DNA from: Candidatus Bathyarchaeota archaeon
GTDB lineage: Archaea; Thermoproteota; Bathyarchaeia; TCS64
Length of the DNA: 57,750 nt
Reading direction: 5' to 3'
NCBI GenBank assembly: GCA_017883585.1
Contig: JADGNG010000081.1
Coordinates: 1 to 57,750, forward strand
The stretch's first letter is position 1. Every line of letters begins with the position of its first letter. Position numbers and translations under genes: made by a program. Of the stretch, positions 1-9,019 are shown one piece after another. Below the pieces are notes generated by a model, which saw only the letters and a list, made by a program, of their open reading frames with translations, was not told the origin of the DNA and made no database searches.

Positions 1-802
1 CGAGGCGAAGCTTCCCAACGGTGCAGAGGGCGTTGCCCTTCTTAGCTACATATTCGAGAAGGCCGGAATATAGCTCGGCTGCCCCCGCCATGGCATCCTT
101 CCGAATGTCGAGGGGCGTCGTGCCGGCGTGATTCGCCTCCCCCCGGAACGCCATTCTCCACCACGCTATCCCTTGAACACCCTCAACGACACCTATCTCG
201 AATCCCCTCTTATGGAGCACCGGCCCCTGCTCGACGTGGAGCTCGAAGTAGGCCTCCGGCTTCACGTCTTCCCTGCCGAGGTAGCCGATACCCTTGAGAG
301 CCTCCTTGACGGTGACACCATCGTCGTCCTTCCTCGCGTACGCCTTCTCGAGGGGGTAGCCTCCAGACTTGACGAGGCTGCCCATCATATCGGGCTGGAA
401 TCGGACACCCTCCTCGTTTGTGAAGGCCGCGATGCCGACAGGGTGCTGGGTCTCTATCCCCTCCTCGTCGATGCGCCTGAGGACCTCTAGGGCACCGAGG
501 ACGCCGTAGGCGCCATCGTAGATGCCGGCGTCTATGACGGTGTCGATGTGGGAGCCCATTATGACGGGCTTAAAGTTGGGGTTCGAGCCCTTGCGGACGC
601 CGAAGATGTTGCCGATGGGGTCGACACGAACGTTGAGACTCTCCTCCTCCATCCACGACACGAGCAGGTCGCGCGCCTCGCGGTCTTCCTCGCTAAGGGC
701 GAGGCGCGTCACGCCCTTGAAACCTTCTCTCCTTCCGATCTTCCCCAGCTCGTTGAGGCTCCTGAGGAGCCTAACGGCGTCCACCCTCAACTCTTCGTTC
801 AA
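1..802 (-). CDS. Zn-dependent M20 amidohydrolase (allantoate amidohydrolase / N-carbamoyl-L-amino acid hydrolase family), runs off the window edge
   Basis: Absent from the ORF track; manual minus-strand translation from TTG at 802 gives LNEELRVDAVRLLRSLNELGKIG...GVTRLALSEEDREARDLL...DPIGNIFG...GSHIDTVIDAGIYDGAYGVLGALEV, the family signature. Confidence 0.9.
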   Translation of the reverse strand, partial: MNEELRVDAVRLLRSLNELGKIGRREGFKGVTRLALSEEDREARDLLVSWMEEESLNVRVDPIGNIFGVRKGSNPNFKPVIMGSHIDTVIDAGIYDGAYGVLGALEVLRRIDEEGIETQHPVGIAAFTNEEGVRFQPDMMGSLVKSGGYPLEKAYARKDDDGVTVKEALKGIGYLGREDVKPEAYFELHVEQGPVLHKRGFEIGVVEGVQGIAWWRMAFRGEANHAGTTPLDIRKDAMAGAAELYSGLLEYVAKKGNALCTVGKLRL

Positions 803-887
803 GGCCCTTCCCACAAATATCAGCGTATCTGAATAAAAAGCGGAGCTGCGCCAAAATATTACATACCTTGAGCGCCGAACATCCACC

Positions 888-2222
888 ATGAATAAGCGGG
901 AGACCGAGGTATTCCAAACGATAGAGGAGGGGAGGGACCGCATGGTCAGACTCCTCCAGCAGATACTGAGGATCGACACGCAGGTGCCACCGGGGGATGA
1001 CTACGACAAGGTCTGCGGGATACTCGAGGAGAGGTATCGCGGCCTCGGGTACGCGACTTCGCTCCACGAGGCACCGGAGAAATACATGAGGCTCAGCGGG
1101 GCGAAGCACATCTGCCTCGACGGGCCGAGGACGAACCTCGTCGCCCGCCTCAAGGGTACCGGCAAGGGGCCTACCCTCCACATCAGCGCCCACACGGACC
1201 TCGCCGCCATACAGAAGCAGGGCTGGACAGTTGACCCACTCGCGGGGGAGATAACCAAGACCAGCAGGTACGGGAAGAGTATCTTCGACAAGGGCGGTGG
1301 CTACATCTGGGGAAGGGGTGTCGGAGACGACAAGGGCGAGACCGCAGCTCTGCTCCTCGCCCTCGAAGCCATCAATGAGACCAGCGTCAAGCTCAAGGGG
1401 GACCTCATAGTCACCGCGAACTGCGACGAGGAGATTGGCGGTGTTGCTGGACTCGGCTATCTAATACGCGAGGGCATCGTGAAGGCGGACCTCGGCATAC
1501 AGCTCGACGGCTCGATGACGGGCATCGGCCTCAGCGCTATGGGCCGGACCCGCTTCCTCATACGCACGCTTGGCAAGAGCTACCACGGCCAGGTACCTAT
1601 CCTCGGCGTCAACGCCATTGAGAAGATGAGTAAACTAAACGTCGCCCTCAACGACTACTGGCGGAATGTACTCCTCAGGCGCAAGTACCCGACCCCCGGT
1701 ATTGACTTCGGAGAGGGATTGAGAGCTAGAGGAGTAGAGTGCCCCACGGGGATGCTGAACATAGGCACCATCAGGGGAGGTGTCCAGGGGGCTACCGTTC
1801 CCGACCTCTGCGAAGAGGAGGTACTACGCGGCATGATACCCGGCGAGACATACGAGGGGACGCAGGCAGAGTTCAAGGCTGTGCTCGATGGTGTCAAGTC
1901 GACTGATGCCGACCTCCAGTATCAACTTGAGACCATCAACTTCCGCGAGGGCTATGTCGTCTCCGCGACGGACCCCTACGCACTGGAGTGTCAAGCGCTC
2001 ATCCAGGAGGCCGTCGGAGTGAAACTCCCCTTCACCGGCACCCTAGCCAGTACAGACATGAATTATCAAGTCGTCGACGGGCACATGCCATGCGTTAACT
2101 TCGGAGTCGGGGGTCCTTATAGCAACGGCCACGGACAGGACGAGAACGCGAGCATCGATGAGATAATCGAGTGTGCTAAAGCCGTGGCCCTGATCACGAT
2201 GCGAAAACTCGGTGCACAGTAG
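888..2222 (+). CDS. M20 family metallopeptidase/deacylase (ArgE/DapE-like)
   Basis: HTD, GRGVGDDKG, DEEIGG, HG and C-terminal H-x3-E motifs. Confidence 0.88.
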   Translation: MNKRETEVFQTIEEGRDRMVRLLQQILRIDTQVPPGDDYDKVCGILEERYRGLGYATSLHEAPEKYMRLSGAKHICLDGPRTNLVARLKGTGKGPTLHISAHTDLAAIQKQGWTVDPLAGEITKTSRYGKSIFDKGGGYIWGRGVGDDKGETAALLLALEAINETSVKLKGDLIVTANCDEEIGGVAGLGYLIREGIVKADLGIQLDGSMTGIGLSAMGRTRFLIRTLGKSYHGQVPILGVNAIEKMSKLNVALNDYWRNVLLRRKYPTPGIDFGEGLRARGVECPTGMLNIGTIRGGVQGATVPDLCEEEVLRGMIPGETYEGTQAEFKAVLDGVKSTDADLQYQLETINFREGYVVSATDPYALECQALIQEAVGVKLPFTGTLASTDMNYQVVDGHMPCVNFGVGGPYSNGHGQDENASIDEIIECAKAVALITMRKLGAQ

Positions 2223-2226
2223 CCGA

Positions 2227-2829
2227 TTACTCCGCCAGCTTGTCCTCGTACCTGGTGTACATCCAATACCCGAGGAGTATCGCCCAGACACTGATATATA
2301 CAACTGATAGTGCTTCGGGGATTGCCACCGCTGCCCATGGTAGGAACCATATTCCCGCGGCCAGGACCGCGCTCCCTACTGAGAGCAGGGAGTAGAACCT
2401 CATCTTCTTCCTGAAGAAGAAGACCCCGATTATCGCGACGGAGAGGGGAAGGGCCACGAAGAAGCCGAGGCTCACATAGCCGTGCCAGGGCTCGATGGTG
2501 ATGTTGATGACGCCCACGGCGATCAAAAGGATTGATGCTATGAGGAACATCGTGGTCCCGACCTGCCCAATCATGTCCTCCTTCGTCATCTCGAACAAGC
2601 CTGTGCTGAACATCATTAGGAGCGCCCCGACCATGGCGAGGCCTGAGTTGAAGAGGATCGCCTCGAAACCTTCCGTTCCGCCGAGGTCACTTAAGGCGTT
2701 TCCAGTCCAGCTGAACCAAGGAGAGAACCATATGCTCGACGCGATAATGAGGAGCCCGAAGAGAGGCGCGATTAAACCGAAGAGCCCGGCCAGCCGCAGG
2801 ACCTTGAGATTCATCAACCGAAGAAACAC
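2227..2829 (-). CDS. DUF998-like membrane protein
   Basis: PWFSWTGNALSDLG motif, about 6 hydrophobic helices. Confidence 0.75.
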   Translation of the reverse strand: MFLRLMNLKVLRLAGLFGLIAPLFGLLIIASSIWFSPWFSWTGNALSDLGGTEGFEAILFNSGLAMVGALLMMFSTGLFEMTKEDMIGQVGTTMFLIASILLIAVGVINITIEPWHGYVSLGFFVALPLSVAIIGVFFFRKKMRFYSLLSVGSAVLAAGIWFLPWAAVAIPEALSVVYISVWAILLGYWMYTRYEDKLAE

Positions 2830-2857
2830 TCCAAGTATGTTAAGCCTATCGCAGGGA

Positions 2858-3373
2858 CTACGCTTTGATACCCCGCGACTCGAGGAGCTTCCTCAACCCG
2901 GAGGCATCAAGCCCCTTGACGAGCCCGTAGCCGATGACCGCGACTGAGATGAGGCTACTAAGTGAGATGCTCACGATCATGGCTAGCCACACTGGGAGGG
3001 TTAGGCCGAGAACGTCGGGTGGCGGAAAGAACGCCCAGAGGTAACCGCCAACGACCAACCCTATAACGAGGGAGGCCCCGACGCAGCCTACGAGCAGCCT
3101 CCCCCTGAGCTTCCAGATGAGCAGACCTGCAAGTAGGTTTGCCAAAGCCCCGAAGATGACATCGACGGGGCCTAAAAAGTAGTAGAAGTTACCAACGAGC
3201 GCACCTAGGGACACCCCCAAGGCAGCCGGCCAGCCCAGCAGGGCCGAGAGCGGGATAAGACAATCCGCGACCCTCAACTGAATAGGGCCGTAACTTATTG
3301 GTGCGAATACCACGACAAGTGTCGCGTATAATGCCGCTAGTACGGCGGCTAGACTGATCTCTTTGACATTCAT
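2858..3373 (-). CDS. queT: QueT family (preQ0/preQ1 precursor) ECF S-component
   Basis: AALYATL...PISYGPIQLRVAD signature; ATG at 3373 preceded by GGAGG. Confidence 0.85.
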   Translation of the reverse strand: MNVKEISLAAVLAALYATLVVVFAPISYGPIQLRVADCLIPLSALLGWPAALGVSLGALVGNFYYFLGPVDVIFGALANLLAGLLIWKLRGRLLVGCVGASLVIGLVVGGYLWAFFPPPDVLGLTLPVWLAMIVSISLSSLISVAVIGYGLVKGLDASGLRKLLESRGIKA

Positions 3374-3447
3374 GCCTCCCTTCACCGGGGTTTATCTGGC
3401 GGAATCGGGTGGGAGGCCCCACTCACCCGCCGAGGTGAAGGAAAAGC
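3374..3447 (-). promoter_or_regulatory. Candidate riboswitch-like leader sequestering the queT Shine-Dalgarno
   Basis: UUCCUUCACC pairs with GGUGAAGGGA (contains the SD); nested GGCGG/CCGCC and GUGGG/CCCAC stems. Confidence 0.5.
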
Positions 3448-3621
3448 GCGGACACATAAAGATTGCTAGTTGACCTGAGGCGTGCGCTGGCCAACTCGAA
3501 TAATACGCCAGAGGCCATAGCTCTGCCAAGGATTAGTCAAGGGGCCATCTGACCTCTGCACCACCTATGTGTCGCGCCTTTCTCCGACTTTATTATAATC
3601 ATCTACACTAACATCATTCTC

Positions 3622-4236
3622 ATGGAAAAGATTGACCTCAGGAAGGAGTTGAAAAGATTCTACACGCCAAAGGATAAGCCAGAAATTGTGGATGTACCGG
3701 AGTTTAGCTTTCTTACGTATACCGGTAGGGGTGTACCCGGCGGGGAGGCTTATCAGGAGTCTATTAACGCCCTTTATGGAGTCGTGTACACACTAAAATT
3801 CTCCTCGAAGAAAGTTGGCAGGGACTTTACTGTGATGCCACTCGAGGGTATCTGGTGGTGGGACGACCCAGGCGTCGTTAACCTCGACGACGCTCCGCCC
3901 AAGGAGACCTGGAATTGGACGAGCATGATCCTCGTCCCCGACTTCATCACGGCTGGTATGCTCGATGAAATCATGTCATGCCTCGTAGAGAAGAGGGGTA
4001 AAGAGGTGGAGAGGGTGAAGCTGGAGCGGCTCCACGAGGGGCTTAGCGTCCAGATGCTACATGTCGGCCATTATAGCGACGAGCCAAAGAGCCAGAAGCT
4101 AATCCAAGCCTTCATCGAGGAGAATTGCTACTGCCTCCGCGGGTGCCACCATGAGATATATATGAGCGACCCGAGGAGGGCGTCGCCGGAGAAGTGGAAG
4201 ACGATCATCCGTCACCCCCTCGAGAAAGTGGCTTAA
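3622..4236 (+). CDS. GyrI-like small-molecule binding domain protein
   Basis: KIDLRKELKRFY, VMPLEGIWW, HVGHYSDE, HHEIYMSDPRR motifs. Confidence 0.85.
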   Translation: MEKIDLRKELKRFYTPKDKPEIVDVPEFSFLTYTGRGVPGGEAYQESINALYGVVYTLKFSSKKVGRDFTVMPLEGIWWWDDPGVVNLDDAPPKETWNWTSMILVPDFITAGMLDEIMSCLVEKRGKEVERVKLERLHEGLSVQMLHVGHYSDEPKSQKLIQAFIEENCYCLRGCHHEIYMSDPRRASPEKWKTIIRHPLEKVA

Positions 4237-4398
4237 GTGCAGATTTTTGTTATGATTTAGGGGTAAACGGTTCAGTTTCTGGGCCTTTTTCGTCGGATGG
4301 TTCGTTTTTCGACCCGAGGATTTACCCTGCAGGTTTCTAATCTGGGGGGATTAGCCTCTAATAACACCGCTCCGAAGTATCAGGGGTAGGCGCCGAAG

Positions 4399-5229
4399 AT
4401 GATTGACTACCACGTCCACGAGAGACACTCTAGGGACGCAGCAACCGCACTAATACCGGATTACATAGCAGTTGCAGAGGCACAGGGGATCAAGGAGATC
4501 GCTTTCACCAACCACTTCATAACAATCGGCCCGGACGTCGACATCAGCATCAAGGAGGAGGAGATACCAGAGTACCTCGCGGATGTGAGGTCGGCGCAGG
4601 ACGAGACGAAGGTGAAGCTACTCGCGGGTCTCGAGGTCGACTACTTCCCCGGACAGGAGCGTCGCCTGGAATCCGTCCTCAGAAGCCACGACTTCGACTT
4701 CATCTTAGGTAGCACCCACTACATAAACGGCGTTGATATAGGATCGAGGACACAGGCGGAGGGATTTTTCCAAGGCCGCGCCATTAGGAAGGCGGCGGAT
4801 GAGTATTATATGATGTGGAAGAGGGCCATCGAGAGTGGCCTCTTTGATGTCATGGCTCACCCTGACTACTGGAGAAAGTACCTACATTTCTTTGGCAAGA
4901 ATGCGGGCTGGGGTGACTACGGCTCAGTAGTAATCGAGGCCCTAGAATCAGCGGCTAAGGAGGGGGTCGGGATAGAGGTGAACACTGCGGGGGTTAGGGC
5001 GGGAACCGGCCACTTCTACCCACTCCAGGAGTTCCTACTCGCAGCCCAGGAGGCTGGCATCGACACCGTCACCGTCGGCAGCGACAGTCACACCGCTGGG
5101 ACACTTGGAGACCACCTCGACGAGGCGGTGAAGCAACTCAAATCAGTAGGGTTTACGAATCTCACAACCTTCGAGGATAGGAAGAAAACCCTGGTCCCAA
5201 TTGACTCGATGTTCAGAAGGGCACGTTAA
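4399..5229 (+). CDS. PHP-family histidinol-phosphatase (HisJ/HisK-like)
   Basis: DYHVH, FTNH, GLEVDY, GSTH, AHPD, IEVNT, GSDSH motifs. Confidence 0.85.
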   Translation: MIDYHVHERHSRDAATALIPDYIAVAEAQGIKEIAFTNHFITIGPDVDISIKEEEIPEYLADVRSAQDETKVKLLAGLEVDYFPGQERRLESVLRSHDFDFILGSTHYINGVDIGSRTQAEGFFQGRAIRKAADEYYMMWKRAIESGLFDVMAHPDYWRKYLHFFGKNAGWGDYGSVVIEALESAAKEGVGIEVNTAGVRAGTGHFYPLQEFLLAAQEAGIDTVTVGSDSHTAGTLGDHLDEAVKQLKSVGFTNLTTFEDRKKTLVPIDSMFRRAR

Positions 5230-5273
5230 TTTTAGATAGGCACCTGTCGCATTGCCTTGGCAGGGTGACACAT

Positions 5274-6599
5274 ATGGGAGACAAAGAGCGACTCTTTGAA
5301 TACGTCGAGGAACACAGGGACGACCTAATATCGACTCTGAGGGACCTTGTCAGAATCGACACTCAAGTTCCACCGGGGAAGAACTACGAAAAGATATGCG
5401 GGCTGATCGCGGACAAGTTGACGGCGGTCGGCTGCGATGTAACCATCCACAATGCCACCGAGAGATACCTCACCCTATCAGGGGTGATGCAGCTCGGCCT
5501 GGAGGGGCCAAGAAGTAACGTCGTCGCACGCTTGAAGGGTAAGGGTGGTGGGCCCTCGATGCATATGAGCGCCCATATCGACACAGCCGCCATACAGAAG
5601 GATGGCTGGAGCGTAGATCCCCTCGGCGGGGAGGTCACGAAAACTTGCAAATATGGTAAGAGCATCTACGACGTCGGAGGCGGCTATATATGGGGTCGCG
5701 GCGTCTGCGACGACAAGGGCCCATTAGCCACAGCCATTACTGCCATCACGGGAATCCATGAACTCGGCATCAAGCTCAAGGGGGATCTGATCCTCACTGG
5801 CAACTGCGATGAGGAGATCGGTGGAGTCGCTGGCCTCGGTTACCTCATCAGGGAGGGAATAGTTAAAGCGGACTTTGGTCTGCAGCTCGACGGCTCCATG
5901 AATATGATAAACCTCGCCGCCCAAGGTAGGACCAGGTTCATGATCAGGACCATTGGCAAGGCTTACCATGGGCAGATGCCTATCCTCGGCGTCAACGCCA
6001 TCGAGAAGATGAGTAAGATCAACGTAGCTCTCGACAACTACTGGAGAAACGTTCTCATGAAGAGGCAGCTCGCCACCCCAGGGATCGAGCTTCCGTCTGA
6101 GATAAGGGAGGCGGGGGTCGATAAGCTCACAGCCATGCTAAACATCGGCACAATAAAAGGGGGAGTCCAGGGGGCAACCGTCCCTGACCTTTGTGAGGAG
6201 GAGGTGCTCAGGTGCATGACCCCCGCCGAGTCCTTCGAGGATGTGGAGAGAGAGTTAAGGGCCGTCATCGAGGGTGTCAAGGCTACGGATGCGGATCTCC
6301 GCTACGAGGTCGAGGTCGTTAACAGTCGCGGCGGCTACGTCGTCCCATCAGATGACCCCTTCGCCCTGGAGGCGAAGAAGATAATGAAGGAAGTAACCGG
6401 CAAGGATCTCCCATTTGTAGGTAACCTCGGGAGTACTGACATGAATTATCAGGTGGTTGATGGGAAAATGCCATCCGTAAACATAGGCGTTGGCGAGACC
6501 TACACAAACTACCACAAGAGAGATGAAAGCGTCTCTATAGACGAACTCGCCCTCTGCTCGAAGGCCGTCGCCCTCTTTGCGCTCAGAAAGCTCGCCTGA
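5274..6599 (+). CDS. M20 family metallopeptidase/deacylase, paralog of 888..2222
   Basis: HID, GRGVCDDKG, DEEIGG motifs; colinear similarity to 888..2222; ATG 5274 preferred over GTG 5265. Confidence 0.88.
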   Translation: MGDKERLFEYVEEHRDDLISTLRDLVRIDTQVPPGKNYEKICGLIADKLTAVGCDVTIHNATERYLTLSGVMQLGLEGPRSNVVARLKGKGGGPSMHMSAHIDTAAIQKDGWSVDPLGGEVTKTCKYGKSIYDVGGGYIWGRGVCDDKGPLATAITAITGIHELGIKLKGDLILTGNCDEEIGGVAGLGYLIREGIVKADFGLQLDGSMNMINLAAQGRTRFMIRTIGKAYHGQMPILGVNAIEKMSKINVALDNYWRNVLMKRQLATPGIELPSEIREAGVDKLTAMLNIGTIKGGVQGATVPDLCEEEVLRCMTPAESFEDVERELRAVIEGVKATDADLRYEVEVVNSRGGYVVPSDDPFALEAKKIMKEVTGKDLPFVGNLGSTDMNYQVVDGKMPSVNIGVGETYTNYHKRDESVSIDELALCSKAVALFALRKLA

Positions 6600-6741
6600 G
6601 ACCCCCTTCAATCGTTTTACGTGCGCGGTTCTGACTAAATCAAAGGACAACATTGAATTCGTTTTGTTCAATCCTATCCTATTTTATTGTTGAACCCACG
6701 AAAGCCGCTTAAGGGCGCGTAAAGAGATTAGATCGATAGAC

Positions 6742-7188
6742 TTGGAGGACCACTGGCTAAGCAAACACGTGAAGGGGTTCGACCTCGACTCCTACCACCT
6801 GGGGATGACCTACGCCTTCGCCGAGATAGTGGGGTCAGGGGTTAAGCCCCTTGCCCTGAGCCCTCCGATGACTAGGGAGGAGTACGACAGGCTCAAGGAA
6901 CCTATCAGACTCATGGCCGACGAGTACAACGTTCACCTCCTCGTAGACGAGGACTTCCTTACCACCAAGCTATTCAACCCGGCCTTCACCGAGGGAAAGG
7001 TCGTCGTCCACATGGCAAAGGATGCCAACACTCTCGACCGCTATAAGGACCTTAAGGAGATGAAAACAATGAAGAGGAGGGACGGCAAGCTTGGGGAGGC
7101 TGAGGAGGAAATCGCCGTCGGCCTCGGCCTGCTCCTCGGATACGATAAGGGAACTATTGCGGATCTTCTAAAGAATCCGAGGTTCTAG
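6742..7188 (+). CDS. Hypothetical protein
   Basis: 148 aa ORF filling the gap with typical codon style; no recognised motif. Confidence 0.7.
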   Translation: MEDHWLSKHVKGFDLDSYHLGMTYAFAEIVGSGVKPLALSPPMTREEYDRLKEPIRLMADEYNVHLLVDEDFLTTKLFNPAFTEGKVVVHMAKDANTLDRYKDLKEMKTMKRRDGKLGEAEEEIAVGLGLLLGYDKGTIADLLKNPRF

Positions 7189-8420
7189 GGCGCGGGGCGG
7201 ATTCCCATGGTGACGACTACGTCCATAGGCGACCCGTCCCTGATTATCCCGAGGGTGAGCTTACTATCCGGGCGCTTGTTTCGCTGAAGGTAGACTATGA
7301 GGTCGTAAAAGCTCTTCATTTGGGTACCGTCCGCCGAGACGATCACGTCGCCGCCGATCTTTATTGAGGCTCCGTCGATGGTCTGCGTCGTGGTTCCTCC
7401 CCTGAGGCCGACGTTGGCGGAGGGCCCAAGCGCGGTCACTTCTATAATGAGGGTGCCGTGAGTACCTTCGGGTAGATTCATGGCTTCCACGATCCCAGGG
7501 GTCACGTCCTGCCCTGTTATGCCGAGGTACGGGTGCTGGTAGGTCCCCGTCGCTAAGAGGCTGGGCAGCTCACGGGCTATCGTATCGCTGGGGACAGCGA
7601 AGCCAATACCCCTGGACGTATCCGTGGGTATCGCAGTGTTGATCCCAACCACCTCCCCATTCAAGTTGAGGAGTGGGCCACCGCTGTTACCGGGGTTTAT
7701 GGCGGCATCAGTCTGGATCACGTCGACTATCGGGTAGTTACCGGTGGAGTCCATCTGCCTACCAACCGCGCTGATTATGCCGGAGGTCAAAGTGTCCGCC
7801 AACCCGTACGGGTTACCTATGGCTATGACACCCTGCCCCACCTTGAGGGCAGCGGAGCTACCCAGCTTCAACGGCTTTAGAAGGGAAGCAGGCGCATCCA
7901 CCTTGATTACAGCAACGTCGGAGTAGGGGTCACGCCCCACGAGCGTCGCCTTGACGATAGTGCCGTCGATGAACGTCACCAGTATGCTGCTCGCGTCCTG
8001 GACAACGTGGTTGTTCGTGATTATCTTCCCGCTCGTGTCGTAAACGAAGCCGCTCCCCTGCGCTGCACCCGTCGGCAGGGTTACCTCGATGAGGACCACA
8101 CTGTCCCTCGTCCGGTTGTAGAGGCCAACAAGATCGAAGCCTGAACTAGGCGTTATGGTACCATTGAAACTCCCACTGCTGATAGCGCTTCTCAGTTTGG
8201 AGATGTCTGCATATGCGCTTGTGAGTTGAGTATTCAAGGACTCGACGGCGAGGGTCAGCGAGTCGACGCGGCCCCCTAGGCTCTTCACCTGAGCGTTCAT
8301 GTTTATGGTGTTGTAAGCGATTACGCCGACGTTCGCGACGATGAGGATGGCGACAAGGATCGCCACCCAGTTCCTCCCGGCTCTCTTAGGCCTGCTGCCG
8401 TAGAACCATTCGTCACTCAA
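7185..8420 (-). CDS. htrA: Membrane-anchored HtrA/DegP serine protease with PDZ domain
   Basis: N-terminal TM plus coiled coil; TNNHVV, D, GNSGGPL catalytic triad; GDVI PDZ motif. Confidence 0.92.
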   Translation of the reverse strand: MSDEWFYGSRPKRAGRNWVAILVAILIVANVGVIAYNTINMNAQVKSLGGRVDSLTLAVESLNTQLTSAYADISKLRSAISSGSFNGTITPSSGFDLVGLYNRTRDSVVLIEVTLPTGAAQGSGFVYDTSGKIITNNHVVQDASSILVTFIDGTIVKATLVGRDPYSDVAVIKVDAPASLLKPLKLGSSAALKVGQGVIAIGNPYGLADTLTSGIISAVGRQMDSTGNYPIVDVIQTDAAINPGNSGGPLLNLNGEVVGINTAIPTDTSRGIGFAVPSDTIARELPSLLATGTYQHPYLGITGQDVTPGIVEAMNLPEGTHGTLIIEVTALGPSANVGLRGGTTTQTIDGASIKIGGDVIVSADGTQMKSFYDLIVYLQRNKRPDSKLTLGIIRDGSPMDVVVTMGIRPAP

Positions 8421-8494
8421 GGTGATCCTCTAAAGCATGGCTAATCGGCGGGGATAAACTCTCGCCTTATGCATGCCCATAGAAAGTTGGGTCT

Positions 8495-8530
8495 GTCCAA
8501 AGTGTATCTACCTACGTCCAAAGTGTATCT
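8495..8530. repeat. Perfect 15-bp direct repeat GTCCAAAGTGTATCT x2 (8495-8509, 8516-8530)
   Basis: Read directly; 21-bp period, upstream of the htrA promoter. Confidence 0.85.
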
Positions 8531-8848
8531 CCTTTTGTCCAGGGTCCACGGAGTTCATTCCAGTCCACCGATTCCACTCAACTACACGGGGTGCGAGCTA
8601 GGCTAGTGGCAAGTGGAGCTAGTTGTTACACAGCGAAGTTGAGGTGGAGCCGGTGTACAAGATGAACTCGGTATGGTAGAGGTGGACCAATTGGATTCTG
8701 CGGACGAGATGGAGGTCCATGGACATTTGGAGGGTTCGTGGACGAAGTGAGGAAGAGAAAGAGATAACAGAGCCTACGCCTGGACGGGCGCCAACCCGAC
8801 TAGTAGCACTCGGTTACACTCATTTCACCCGGCCTATCGGGCAGTGTT
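8517..8848 (+). ncRNA. Candidate structured ncRNA or palindromic (MITE-like) element: ~215-nt rod hairpin plus three short hairpins
   Basis: Nested complementary blocks with G-U wobbles on the + strand; no credible ORF. Confidence 0.4.
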
Positions 8849-9019
8849 GACTAAGAGATTTTGGATCAAAACGAGACCAAGGAGAAGCTTACCTTTCGGC
8901 GGAGGATCAGGGGCTCATGGGAGAGGAATTGGTAATTTGTCTCCAGCTAAAACTTTGAGTCGCAGTTATGTTACTGGTCTGGCGGAGAATGATCAAGAGG
9001 AACGTCAGAGGTTAGGCGA

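Noticed and set aside
128-836. Plus-strand ORFs 128..490, 522..836, 548..832
   Set aside because: Antisense shadows of the minus-strand M20 amidohydrolase that runs off the window
8495-8530. Direct repeat as a CRISPR array
   Set aside because: Only two 15-bp copies with a 6-bp gap; no spacers and no cas genes
8770-8920. SRP RNA, RNase P RNA, hammerhead or twister ribozyme
   Set aside because: Only fragmentary resemblance (UAGGCCGGG, CUGAU..GAAA, AACACUGCC); the SRP helix 8, RNase P CR-I/CR-V and ribozyme cores were not found
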